From Reclinomonas americana ATCC 50394 (Eukaryota), in contig PS015009.1 of assembly GCA_048213135.1 (NCBI GenBank), positions 992,001 through 1,056,000 on the forward strand: a stretch of 64,000 nt of DNA, read 5' to 3'. Positions 1 through 9,057 of this stretch are shown piece by piece. Numbering within the stretch: position 1 is the stretch's first letter; each line of letters starts with the position of its first letter. The translations under genes and the position numbers were made by a program. Under the pieces are notes generated by a model. It saw nothing but the letters and a program-made list of their open reading frames with translations, was not told the origin of the DNA and did no database searches.

Positions 1-2
1 CA

Positions 3-1850
3 GTACTTATAATTGGCCCTTCAAATATCCCCGGGCTAGCGCAAGTAATTCACTCATTAGGTAAGGTCAAGCCAGTATTAGCAAAATTGCTCGATGCATC
101 TAATGACCTACTAGTAAAAGCCAAATTACGCCCATTACTTGATAGCAAATATTTTGAAGAATTCAAGCCCAAATTGACCGCTCAAAATACGAGTTTACCT
201 GTAGGAAATAAAGAGTTAGACAAAAATAAAATTAACGAAGAAAACAGATATATAAGTATTAATTGGTCTTATGATGACTGGATAAAAGTTGACAGTCCGT
301 TAACTTCTCTACAAAGGGAAATCTTAGATACCGACATAATACTAAAACAACCATTGAGAATCATAGGTGCTGCAGGAACAGGCAAATCATTGCTGATGCA
401 ACTGTTAGTGATGAAGAGATTAAGAGAAGCAGAATCTCTAAATAACTCAATCGATATTTTTTATGTAGTGCACAATTCAGAGATGGCCCATACAGTTACA
501 GAGAAATTTATTTCGCTAGGCGGGGGGAACTATATAAGTCAAAACTTCGCTCAGAAACTTATTATTAAAACTCTTTTTGAATACGCTTGTGAAGAACTTC
601 GGTTGGATGACACAATGATAATGGATAAAGATGCAGCCCAAACAAAAATGTTTCAACGATATACTGTTGCAGAATGCATAGATGAGATTTTTTTAGAAAA
701 TAAAACTTATTGCGAGAAATCAGATTTAATCAATAAAATATCCGGGAATTACGAACTACGAGACGTGTTTTCCGACATTGTCACCTCAGAGATAGGAATA
801 GGAATTAAAGGGAGGGATCTTGCTAATGATCGGCGAAAATATGTAGAGTCAGAAAGGCCATTTACAAGGTTTCATGGAATTCTTAATAGGAATGAACGCG
901 AATTCGTATTCGACATTTTTACCAAATACAATCACAAAGTTAACCAACAAAATAACTTATTAGATTCTGATGATATCGCAATTTCTTTTTTAGGCACATT
1001 GAAAACTCCGTTATGGAATCTACGCCGTAAAAAATTGGCTTTTGATTATGTTTTTATAGATGAAACGCAATTGTTTAATCAAAATGAACGGCAAATTTTC
1101 AAATTTCTAACAAAAACTTTTGAAACGCATTTGCCCTTAGTAATTGCACTCGATGAAGCACAGGAAATTCGTGGGGCTTCTAATGCCGGGTTTGGGATGC
1201 TGGGCATTGAACATTTAGCAAATGAAACTTTACCGAATGTCCACCGATCTACAGAAGAAATCTTAAAACTAGCTTTTTTCGTCATTCAGAGAACAACAGA
1301 TTTATTTGGTTCCGATTTTCCAGATTTCACTAATACGACAAAAACTCTTGTTACATCACGAAATGGAATTAATTCCAAACCAAATCTGATTGTCAAAAAT
1401 GATCTTGATCTACCTAATGTTATAAAAAAAGAAATTAGCAATCTTAGAAAAAAAGATTTACGGCAGATTGCCGTGATAGTTCATCCCGAACGCTACTTCA
1501 AGGAAATTGTGAAATTCTTAAAAGAAGAAAAAGAGAATATAACCGTTGCTGAAAAGAGGGGTGAATTAATTGATCCAAAGAAACCAACAATTTATGTATC
1601 CAAACCGGACTTAATTGGTGGACAAGAGTTCGATGCTGTCATTGTAGTCGGCTTAGAACATGGAGTTATACCACCCTTGATTTATGGTCATTCTGGCTTG
1701 TCTGAAGCTCTTGAACAACAAGCTTTAAGAGAAATGTATCTTTCCTTCACCAGAGCAAAATATAATTTAACCATTATTAACAATAGAAACTCTTCTCCCT
1801 CTGCGATAATTCAGCAGGCAATAGAAGAGGGTATTATAACTTTCGAATAA
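3..1850 (+). CDS. Superfamily 1 (UvrD/Rep-like) helicase, 5'-truncated by the window edge
   Basis: Frame is open from position 3 (VLIIGPSNIPGL...). Walker A GAAGTGKS, Walker B FIDETQ, motif V GQEFDAVIV, motif VI YLSFTRAK. Markedly AT-rich. Confidence 0.85.
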   Translation, partial: VLIIGPSNIPGLAQVIHSLGKVKPVLAKLLDASNDLLVKAKLRPLLDSKYFEEFKPKLTAQNTSLPVGNKELDKNKINEENRYISINWSYDDWIKVDSPLTSLQREILDTDIILKQPLRIIGAAGTGKSLLMQLLVMKRLREAESLNNSIDIFYVVHNSEMAHTVTEKFISLGGGNYISQNFAQKLIIKTLFEYACEELRLDDTMIMDKDAAQTKMFQRYTVAECIDEIFLENKTYCEKSDLINKISGNYELRDVFSDIVTSEIGIGIKGRDLANDRRKYVESERPFTRFHGILNRNEREFVFDIFTKYNHKVNQQNNLLDSDDIAISFLGTLKTPLWNLRRKKLAFDYVFIDETQLFNQNERQIFKFLTKTFETHLPLVIALDEAQEIRGASNAGFGMLGIEHLANETLPNVHRSTEEILKLAFFVIQRTTDLFGSDFPDFTNTTKTLVTSRNGINSKPNLIVKNDLDLPNVIKKEISNLRKKDLRQIAVIVHPERYFKEIVKFLKEEKENITVAEKRGELIDPKKPTIYVSKPDLIGGQEFDAVIVVGLEHGVIPPLIYGHSGLSEALEQQALREMYLSFTRAKYNLTIINNRNSSPSAIIQQAIEEGIITFE

Positions 1851-2107
1851 TTTGAATGTTGTTTCCTTATCTTGTCCCTTTCTGAGCAAGTGTTCCGAAG
1901 GATCGCTTGTGACTACCAATTTCTCCGGATTGTATACAGGTTGACATCCTCCCTATCAAACCTCAACCTCAAAAAGAATTTCCTCCCAACTCCAGTTGTT
2001 TTTCCCCTGTTTTCCTCCCCATTCTCCCTTTATTTCGCAGGTGGACATAATCCCTCGTTTAAAAGGACTATGCCCCAACCCTATTATTTATCTTTAAGCC
2101 GTACCAA

Positions 2108-2716
2108 ATGAACATTAAATTGAAACGCAGCGAACGGAACAAAGTGATGAGCCCTATGGAAGTGTACGGCATCATGCAGCGCATATTGATGCGGGAAAGC
2201 AAAATAGACCGCACCCGTGAGCACTTCTGGGTCATCTGCCTCAGCAATGCCAATAAAATACTCAATATAGAACTCATCAGCATGGGCAGCGTTCACCAAA
2301 CCATTGCCGAACCCATGGAGGTTTTCAGTGTACCACTGCAGAAAAGAGCCTCGGGTGTTATCCTCGTGCATAACCACCCCTCCGGTAACCTGCTGCCCTC
2401 CGCCGCCGATAAAGACCTTACCGACCTGCTCATCCAGTGCGGCAGAATGCTCAATATAAAAGTGGTAGACCATTTCATCATCAGCGCCAGGAACTGTTAC
2501 AGCTTTGTTGAAACCGGGCTGTTGGCCGAACTGGAAGAAAGCCTCAAGTATGTGCCACAGTTTAAGATCAAAGAGAGAATCAAAAAAGAAGGAGAAGCGG
2601 GTGAAGAAAGAAAAGCCCGCGCCATGGCCAAAGCCATGAAGGAGAAAGGCGAGCCGGTCAGTAAAATTGTTGAGTACACCGGTTTAACCAAACACGTCAT
2701 CAGCAGGTTGAAGTGA
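2108..2716 (+). CDS. radC: RadC/JAB-domain protein with Rpn-like C-terminal helical tail
   Basis: REHFWVICL...HNHPSGNLLPSAAD...VVDHFII RadC motifs; tail ARAMAKAMKEKGEPVSKIVEYTGLT. Confidence 0.9.
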   Translation: MNIKLKRSERNKVMSPMEVYGIMQRILMRESKIDRTREHFWVICLSNANKILNIELISMGSVHQTIAEPMEVFSVPLQKRASGVILVHNHPSGNLLPSAADKDLTDLLIQCGRMLNIKVVDHFIISARNCYSFVETGLLAELEESLKYVPQFKIKERIKKEGEAGEERKARAMAKAMKEKGEPVSKIVEYTGLTKHVISRLK

Positions 2717-2851
2717 AGGGATGGCATGAAGTAACAGGTATTGAGTAGCAAGAAGCTGCCCACCGGCAGTTTCAAATCTGTGTGCAGCGCAGATGCCGTT
2801 GCTTTCTGGCATAAGTATTCTGCCATACCCATTTCTTCCTAACTTACAACC

Positions 2852-3511
2852 ATGACCACCAGCCCGCAAAACGATCCCGGCATCTATACTTATCACGACT
2901 ACGGTTTCGACATTAACCTGCCCACAGGCATGCAATCCATTAACTGGGCCGACATAGAACGCCTGCAGGCATACAAGGCCGACCGGGTGCCTTCCGACAC
3001 CATCTGCATGAACATCACCGTCAACAACCACACCATTATGATAACGGAACGTTTGCAGGGATGGGAGTTTTTTATCGCTCAGTTACCAGTTCACCTTTCG
3101 CCCATCAACCGCAACTGGGAAACATCGGCACAGGCAACAACGCTCCCGTACGACCTTGTAACCATCTATGAGCGGGCCGACAGGATAATGCCCCCGCAGC
3201 CTAATTTTTCCTCGCACATCAGTAACATTACAGCAGAAGAGTTCAGCGCCGTCATGCAGCAGCACGGCTGGATAGCTTACAAAAATGAAGGAACGGGTTT
3301 CCATGCCGAGAACAGCCTGACCGACCTGGATATGGAAGATGAGCAGGATGGCACATCGCTCCATGGCCGCATCGCTTTTCATCCTTCCAATACAGAATGG
3401 ATCAATGACTTTTTTAAACCACTTAACCGACCTTACAACTTCCGGTTTTATGATAACGATGGCAATGTAATTGTTCAGGCAGATGGCGGGCACTCTTCAA
3501 TGAATGACTAA
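2852..3511 (+). CDS. Hypothetical protein
   Basis: 219-aa ORF with ATG start; no family recognised. Confidence 0.65.
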   Translation: MTTSPQNDPGIYTYHDYGFDINLPTGMQSINWADIERLQAYKADRVPSDTICMNITVNNHTIMITERLQGWEFFIAQLPVHLSPINRNWETSAQATTLPYDLVTIYERADRIMPPQPNFSSHISNITAEEFSAVMQQHGWIAYKNEGTGFHAENSLTDLDMEDEQDGTSLHGRIAFHPSNTEWINDFFKPLNRPYNFRFYDNDGNVIVQADGGHSSMND

Positions 3512-3568
3512 ATAATACCTTACCGGCGATCAACGTGTTCTCTTAGCAGGCGTGCAATAGTATTACAA

Positions 3569-3680
3569 AAGCTGAAGCCACAGTAGCACAAATGCTACAT
3601 CAGGGGACAAGCCCGAAAACGCGATGTAATCGTTTTCGGGGGTCTTTTTTTGGTTCTTTTTTGGACAAGCAAAAAAGAAT
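3569..3680. repeat. REP/MITE-like intergenic element with three hairpins
   Basis: gtagca/tgctac (3583-3598), cccgaaaacg/cgttttcggg (3612-3640), ttcttttttg/caaaaaagaa (3654-3679). Confidence 0.55.
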
Positions 3681-3815
3681 ATAGAAAACAAATATCAGAA
3701 CAGGAAGTCGTCCTCACCCGAGCTCTTCAGCCAAGGTCAAAACATTGTGGTTTTGAATAATGTGCATTCACGAATCAACGAATGTTGCTAGCTTCACATT
3801 TGCTAAACCACAATC

Positions 3816-4259
3816 ATGACAAAAACCATCTGGATCATCCTCGTTCTCATCGCAGGCGCCCTGCTGCCCATACAAGCAGGACTGAATACAAGGATCGGCA
3901 AAGAAATACAAAGCCCCGCCTGGGCATCGCTTTTCTCTTTTGTTGTTGGACTCATTGCCATGACAGGCTTTGTACTGCTCACAAAACAGAAAATGAATAC
4001 CGCCGGTTTTTCGCAGGTACCCACCCATTACTGGGTCGCCGGTATGATGGGTGCTTTCTACGTAACCGTTATGGTGCTGGCCTTTCCTAAGATAGGCGCA
4101 GCGCTTACTTTCAGCCTCATCGTTGCCGGGCAACTGGTTGTGTCGCTGCTGCTCGATCACTTTAAAATTCTCGTTCAGCAACCGCACCCCGTCAATATAT
4201 ACCGGGTCATTGGCCTGCTGCTCATCGTTGCAGGCGTCATCCTGATACGAAAATTTTAA
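3816..4259 (+). CDS. DMT family (YdcZ-like) inner-membrane transporter
   Basis: AGALLPIQAGLNTRIG, GMMGAFYV, AGQLVVSLLLDHF motifs; about 5 TM helices. Confidence 0.9.
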   Translation: MTKTIWIILVLIAGALLPIQAGLNTRIGKEIQSPAWASLFSFVVGLIAMTGFVLLTKQKMNTAGFSQVPTHYWVAGMMGAFYVTVMVLAFPKIGAALTFSLIVAGQLVVSLLLDHFKILVQQPHPVNIYRVIGLLLIVAGVILIRKF

Positions 4260-4297
4260 TTTAGCAAAGGCTTTCTGTCTATCATTAATAGCTCAAT

Positions 4298-4645
4298 ATG
4301 AAAAAGCCATTTATTTGCCTGGTCTTTTGCTTCTTCGTCCTCAGCGGCTTTTCCCAAACGCAGTATGAAATGAACCAGCAGGCACTCCGCCTATATGAAA
4401 AAGCCGACAAAGAAATGTCCAATACCTATAAACAGGCGTTGAAAAAAACAACCGACCCGGCCAAAAAAAAGTTGCTCATTGAAGCCCAGCGGGCATGGAT
4501 CAAATACAAGGAAGCACATTGCAAATCCGTTGCCAGCGAGTACGAAGGCGGATCATTTCAGCCACAGTCGCTCTATATGTGCCTTACCGACATAACCAAA
4601 GAAAGAATAAAGGCGCTTAAAGAATATGAAGAAAGGAATGATTGA
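4298..4645 (+). CDS. LprI/DUF1311 lysozyme-inhibitor-family exported protein (copy 1)
   Basis: Signal peptide; AQRAWIKYKEAHC...YEGGS...C...T..R signature. Confidence 0.85.
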   Translation: MKKPFICLVFCFFVLSGFSQTQYEMNQQALRLYEKADKEMSNTYKQALKKTTDPAKKKLLIEAQRAWIKYKEAHCKSVASEYEGGSFQPQSLYMCLTDITKERIKALKEYEERND

Positions 4646-4851
4646 TATGCTGAGTAGTGAGTATTGACCATAAAGAAAACGTGCCGGCTGTGTGATAGTA
4701 TTATTATGTATCCGGCAGCAGTTCTGTTATTAAGCTTCGGTTGCGTCGCACTCTTGTACCGTAAAACGCAACTGGGCAAAAGCGGGCAATTGTACCTGTT
4801 CCCTGTTGTTCTTACAAACTGTATTTTTATACGTATAAATCACCAGCCGGT

Positions 4852-5196
4852 ATGAAAAAATTGTTCGTTGCTTTTTTGCTGTGCGTTTGCAGTTCAGGAG
4901 TTTTTTCCCAAACACAGCTTGAAATGAATATGGATGCGCTGAAAACTTATCAAAAAGCAGACGCGGAAATGACAGCCATCTATAAAAAGGCGCTCAAAAG
5001 CCTGACAGATACAGCCCAGCGCAGGATGCTCATACAGGCGCAACGCTCATGGATCAAATACAAAGAAGATCACTGCCGTGCCGTTGCGGCGTTTTACGAA
5101 GGCGGCTCTATGCAGCCCATGGTGTACAGCGAATGCAAAACCGAAGTCACCAGGCAAAGAATAAAAAGCCTGCAGGCCTATCTTGAAAATCTCTGA
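4852..5196 (+). CDS. LprI/DUF1311 lysozyme-inhibitor-family exported protein (copy 2)
   Basis: Signal peptide; AQRSWIKYKEDHC...YEGGSMQP...C...T..R; paralog of 4298..4645. Confidence 0.85.
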   Translation: MKKLFVAFLLCVCSSGVFSQTQLEMNMDALKTYQKADAEMTAIYKKALKSLTDTAQRRMLIQAQRSWIKYKEDHCRAVAAFYEGGSMQPMVYSECKTEVTRQRIKSLQAYLENL

Positions 5197-5220
5197 AACA
5201 GTTAATCCTCCGGTCCAACT

Positions 5221-5856
5221 ATGAACCCATTTGTTCAGCAATTCAGCGGCGGCATCGATAAATACTGGGGCGATATGCCGGAAGAGCAGCGTGAACAACT
5301 ACTTTCCGATATCCGGAAATACGCCAATGCCGATCCCGCCACCTTCCGCCGCCAGCTCGATGAAGTGATGTTTGATGAAGACCTCGACCCCTTGCCCGTG
5401 GTCATGGAAGCCTTATCGGAGGAGCCGGAGACCTGGAGCGATTTTTTCCTCGATGCGTTGAGCAAGGTTTTCGCCGTGGCGAAACAGTCGCCCAAGCCGG
5501 AGCATATCCTCAACAAACTCATCGAGTTCACTTACCTGGAAGAAGTAAACGCCCCTTTTGTACAGCGCATAGCCGAAAAACTGCACAGCGAAAGTAATTC
5601 CACTCACCTTGCCTCACAGCTCGCCGCCATCTGGTACCTGCCCTCCTTTCTTATTAACCCCGCTGTAAGGAATAAAAGTTCTTTGCTGGCGTCGTTGCAA
5701 CAGAAACTGTACGACCCCAACTGGAAGATCCGTAACGTCACTTTCCGCTCCCTGGGTTATGAAAACCTGGTGCCGGAAGGCTTCCGCCTCACTTTAATGG
5801 ACCATCTCCGCAAGTTCTTCCTGGGTGTAGCCCTCCCCTACCATTCGTATAAATAA
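5221..5856 (+). CDS. Hypothetical all-helical (possibly HEAT-like) protein
   Basis: 211-aa ORF; LQQKLYDPNWKIRN resembles a HEAT repeat. Confidence 0.6.
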   Translation: MNPFVQQFSGGIDKYWGDMPEEQREQLLSDIRKYANADPATFRRQLDEVMFDEDLDPLPVVMEALSEEPETWSDFFLDALSKVFAVAKQSPKPEHILNKLIEFTYLEEVNAPFVQRIAEKLHSESNSTHLASQLAAIWYLPSFLINPAVRNKSSLLASLQQKLYDPNWKIRNVTFRSLGYENLVPEGFRLTLMDHLRKFFLGVALPYHSYK

Positions 5857-5897
5857 ATTTGCAAAAGTGAAATAGTATTTAGACATTTGTCTAAATA
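5854..5897 (+). promoter_or_regulatory. Bacteroidota -7 promoter box plus palindromic ArsR/SdpR operator
   Basis: TAAATTTG (5854-5861), then perfect inverted repeat TATTTAGACA-tt-TGTCTAAATA (5876-5897) just before the ArsR gene. Confidence 0.75.
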
Positions 5898-5906
5898 TGT
5901 AATTGC

Positions 5907-6167
5907 TTGAACGCATTTTTCAAAGCCCTGAACGACCCGATTCGCCGGGAAATACTGGAACTGCTCAAAAAAGGGGACATGACGGCCGGTGAAATCGCCG
6001 AGCAGTTCAGTATCAGTAAACCCAGCATCAGTCACCACCTCGACCTGCTCAAACAGGCCAGCCTGGTTACAGCCGTTAAGGAAGGGCAGTTCATTTATTA
6101 CTCGCTTAACACCACGGTAATAGATGAAATGCTGAAATGGTTCATGCAGTTTTCCTCAAAAAAATAA
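5907..6167 (+). CDS. sdpR: ArsR-family autorepressor, SdpR-like
   Basis: FKALNDPIRREILELLKKGDMTAGEIAEQFSISKPSISHHLDLLK; adjacent to an SdpI homolog; TTG start. Confidence 0.85.
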   Translation: MNAFFKALNDPIRREILELLKKGDMTAGEIAEQFSISKPSISHHLDLLKQASLVTAVKEGQFIYYSLNTTVIDEMLKWFMQFSSKK

Positions 6168-6178
6168 ACAGTACTGAC

Positions 6179-6841
6179 ATGAATAAGAGAACCGTCTTTA
6201 TCATTTGCCTGCTCATTGCCCTGGTACCGGGCATTTACCTGGCCATCATCTGGAACTCGCTGCCAGCCATTGTTCCCACGCACTGGGGTGTTGGCAAACA
6301 GCCGGATGACTGGGGCAGCAAAAACACGCTGATCATAATGCCCGTACTTTTTGGCGGCATGACGCTGCTGATCAGTCTCCTTATGCTCAATCTCGATAAA
6401 ATTGATCCCAAAAAAGGAAAGCACATTCCTGCTGCGCTGCGCAACAAACTGGCATTGTCACTCAGCGTTTTCATGGCTGCCATCAGTTTCTACATCATTT
6501 ATATTACGCAAAGTAAAACACATGAGATCGGGAATTTTCTTTTCTTTATGATCGGTGTGTTCTTTGCTTTCCTCGGTAATATCATGTATTCCATCAAGCA
6601 AAACTATTTTGTAGGCATCCGTTTGCCATGGACGCTGGAGAATGAAGAAAACTGGAACCGTACCAACCGCCTGATGAGCACACTTTTTTTCGCCAGTGGT
6701 ATTCTCATTGCCATTGCGGCTCTCATTTTACCCACTATGGCGGTAGTTATCATCACCTTCGGCAGCATTTTGGGAGCTACCATTGGCAGCATCGTGTTCT
6801 CCTACAGGTTATTTAAAAAACAACAGGCATTAAAGAACTGA
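6179..6841 (+). CDS. sdpI: SdpI-family immunity membrane protein (DUF1648 + SdpI)
   Basis: LPAIVPTHWG (DUF1648) and KQNYFVGIRLPWTLENEENWNRTNR (SdpI); ATG at 6179. Confidence 0.88.
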   Translation: MNKRTVFIICLLIALVPGIYLAIIWNSLPAIVPTHWGVGKQPDDWGSKNTLIIMPVLFGGMTLLISLLMLNLDKIDPKKGKHIPAALRNKLALSLSVFMAAISFYIIYITQSKTHEIGNFLFFMIGVFFAFLGNIMYSIKQNYFVGIRLPWTLENEENWNRTNRLMSTLFFASGILIAIAALILPTMAVVIITFGSILGATIGSIVFSYRLFKKQQALKN

Positions 6842-6930
6842 TTTGATGATGTGCCGATGTTTTCATTCCCGGTGACAATGCAATAATGATATACCTGATT
6901 TTTCTTTCGGATGTATAGCCATAAAAGAAT

Positions 6931-6953
6931 GCCCGGGTTAACCGGGCTTTTTT
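6931..6953 (+). terminator. Rho-independent terminator after sdpRI
   Basis: gcccgg-gttaa-ccgggc followed by a T-run. Confidence 0.7.
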
Positions 6954-6994
6954 ATGACAGACAAAAATGATCATCCGCACAAAATTCATCGCAC

Positions 6995-7022
6995 AAAAAA
7001 GCCCGGCAGTAGCCTGCCGGGA
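6995..7022 (-). terminator. Rho-independent terminator for 7049..7525
   Basis: A-run then cccggcag-tagc-ctgccggg hairpin. Confidence 0.65.
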
Positions 7023-7048
7023 CCTTATTATTCAACCCTCACCTTAAA

Positions 7049-7525
7049 TTATTTTACAGAACGGTCTACCACGCTGAAGTCGCCGGCGTTGCTGCTTTTC
7101 AGGTTCAGTGTTTCCTTACCGTTGGATATGGTAAAGAAGTAGCTGGTTACACCATCATAGGTAAGCTCTTCAGCTTCCAGTCCGTGTTCATAACCGTCAT
7201 ATTTTTGTTTTACTGAAGCCTGCACATCCTGTGGCAATTGGTTATAGTCCAGGCGGTGCAATGTACCTACCAGGTCACCATCTTCGGTGTAAGCGGCGCT
7301 GGCGGTTTTGCCATTCATTTTAAAGTCGGCAAAATAGAAACCGCTTTTCAGTTCCCAGGTCACGTCACTCACGTCGGAGAATTGTTTCTGGAAAGCTGTT
7401 TTCACGCGGGTAACTACCTTTGCTGCTTCTTTTTCTTTGCTGGAAGATGGTTTGGTGTCTGCGGCGAAAGCGCTGGTGGCGAACAGCATTACTAAAGCTG
7501 TCAGGCCGGTTGTGATCTTTTTCAT
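7049..7525 (-). CDS. Exported protein, PepSY-like/BLIP-like fold probable
   Basis: Signal peptide; VKTAFQKQF..V.W...Y.ADF...A.Y...G.L and QLPQDVQASVKQKY repeats. Confidence 0.65.
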   Translation of the reverse strand: MKKITTGLTALVMLFATSAFAADTKPSSSKEKEAAKVVTRVKTAFQKQFSDVSDVTWELKSGFYFADFKMNGKTASAAYTEDGDLVGTLHRLDYNQLPQDVQASVKQKYDGYEHGLEAEELTYDGVTSYFFTISNGKETLNLKSSNAGDFSVVDRSVK

Positions 7526-7854
7526 AACTATACTTTATTTGTTTTAAAAAATGACTGCCTTCATGGCTTGGCAGTGTTGGTTAACAAGTCAAAAGTAGAA
7601 CCGCCGGCGTTGCCCGGAAAGCGGATAGTGACCAGTAACGTTAAAGAAAGTTAAGCATCGGTATAAACGGTAAAGCCCTTACAGGAAAGGTTGCCTGTAT
7701 TTTCGTCTGAAACCCTTTACCGGCAAGGGGTCCCCTTCTTTTCTTAACTAAATGCTAAAAGTTGAGTTGGTAGTGTTAAAAAGTAATAGTGGCGAAGCCT
7801 TTGTGAAGCGTTTATCTTTGTTTACGGATCAATCCTGCAACACACCCAACTATT

Positions 7855-8451
7855 ATGAACTACCTCGCCCATGCTTACCTGTCGTTTCATGACCCCGGAA
7901 TACTTTTGGGCAATATGATCAGCGACTATGTGAAGGGCAAAACCCAGTTCGATTATCCCTCACGTGTACAGCAGGGCATCCGTTTACACCGGGGCATCGA
8001 CAATTTTACCGATACCCACGAAGCTACACAACAGCTAAAATCTTTCTTCCGGCCGCAATACCGCCTGTATTCCGGCGCTTTTGCCGATGTAGTGTACGAT
8101 CATTTCCTGGCAGGCGATGCCGCTGAGTTTCCTTCGGAGCAGGATCTGAAGACATTCAGCACCGGTACATACCACCTGCTGTCGGGACAGGCCTCGCTGT
8201 TTCCGCCCAACTTTGCACGGATGTTCCCTTACATGCGGGAGCACGACTGGCTGTACCATTACCGTTTCCCCGAAGGAATGCGCCAGAGTTTTGGCGGGCT
8301 GGTGCGGCGCTCCCGTTACCTGCAGGAAAGCGATATCGCTTTTGATCTTTTCCTGCAGCATTACGATGACATGAAAGCCTGCTATCACCACTTCTTTCCT
8401 TCCGTAAAAAAGTTCGCCGCTGATCATTTCGCCGGTCTGCCGAATAGCTGA
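7855..8451 (+). CDS. acpH: ACP phosphodiesterase (AcpH family)
   Basis: MNYLAHAYLS...GNMISDYVKG...GIRLHRGIDNFTDTH...DVVYDHFLA. Confidence 0.9.
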   Translation: MNYLAHAYLSFHDPGILLGNMISDYVKGKTQFDYPSRVQQGIRLHRGIDNFTDTHEATQQLKSFFRPQYRLYSGAFADVVYDHFLAGDAAEFPSEQDLKTFSTGTYHLLSGQASLFPPNFARMFPYMREHDWLYHYRFPEGMRQSFGGLVRRSRYLQESDIAFDLFLQHYDDMKACYHHFFPSVKKFAADHFAGLPNS

Positions 8452-8480
8452 TTGATTTATCTTTGAAAAAAAACAGGTAT

Positions 8481-9044
8481 ATGAAAAAACTGTTGTTCCT
8501 GTCAGGCTTCCTTTGCTGCCTCGCCACGTTCAGCTTCGCCCAGTCCAAACTCCCGGTTCCTGATAAGTCGCCTATGGATATGAGTTACTATCCTGCCGGT
8601 TATCCCGTACTTAAAATACAGGACAAAGTAACCGATCCGCTCGTGGCCCGCGTCATTTACAGCCGCCCGCAAAAAAACGGCCGTGTTATTTTCGGCGACC
8701 TGCTGGAGTATGGCAAAGTGTGGAGGCTCGGCGCCAATGAAGCCACAGAGGTAGAATTTTATTCTGCTGTAAAGATCAACGGACAAAAAATAAAGAAAGG
8801 CCGTTACACCATGTATTGCATTCCTTTCGCGGATAAATGGACCCTCATCCTCAACAAAGAACTCGACACCTGGGGATCATTTAAATATGATGCGAAAAAG
8901 GATGTGGTGCGCATGGATGTTCCTGTTCAGAAACAAACCGACATCACCGATTCTTTTGTAATGGCTTTTGAGAAAATAACAGGAGGCGCTAACCTGGTTA
9001 TTGCCTGGGACGATGTAAGAGTGAACCTGCCCATCAACTTTTAA
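8481..9044 (+). CDS. DUF2911 exported protein
   Basis: KSP...YSRPQKNGRVIFG...WRLGANEAT motif; signal peptide; ATG at 8481. Confidence 0.9.
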   Translation: MKKLLFLSGFLCCLATFSFAQSKLPVPDKSPMDMSYYPAGYPVLKIQDKVTDPLVARVIYSRPQKNGRVIFGDLLEYGKVWRLGANEATEVEFYSAVKINGQKIKKGRYTMYCIPFADKWTLILNKELDTWGSFKYDAKKDVVRMDVPVQKQTDITDSFVMAFEKITGGANLVIAWDDVRVNLPINF

Positions 9045-9057
9045 AGTAAAAGGGATC

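Noticed and set aside
3-1850. Assignment of the helicase to a named defence system such as Gabija GajB
   Set aside because: The N-terminus and partner genes are outside the window; motifs support only the SF1 superfamily
1872-2111. 79-aa ORF between the helicase and radC
   Set aside because: TTG start, low-complexity pyrimidine-rich sequence and no protein-like motif; more likely intergenic
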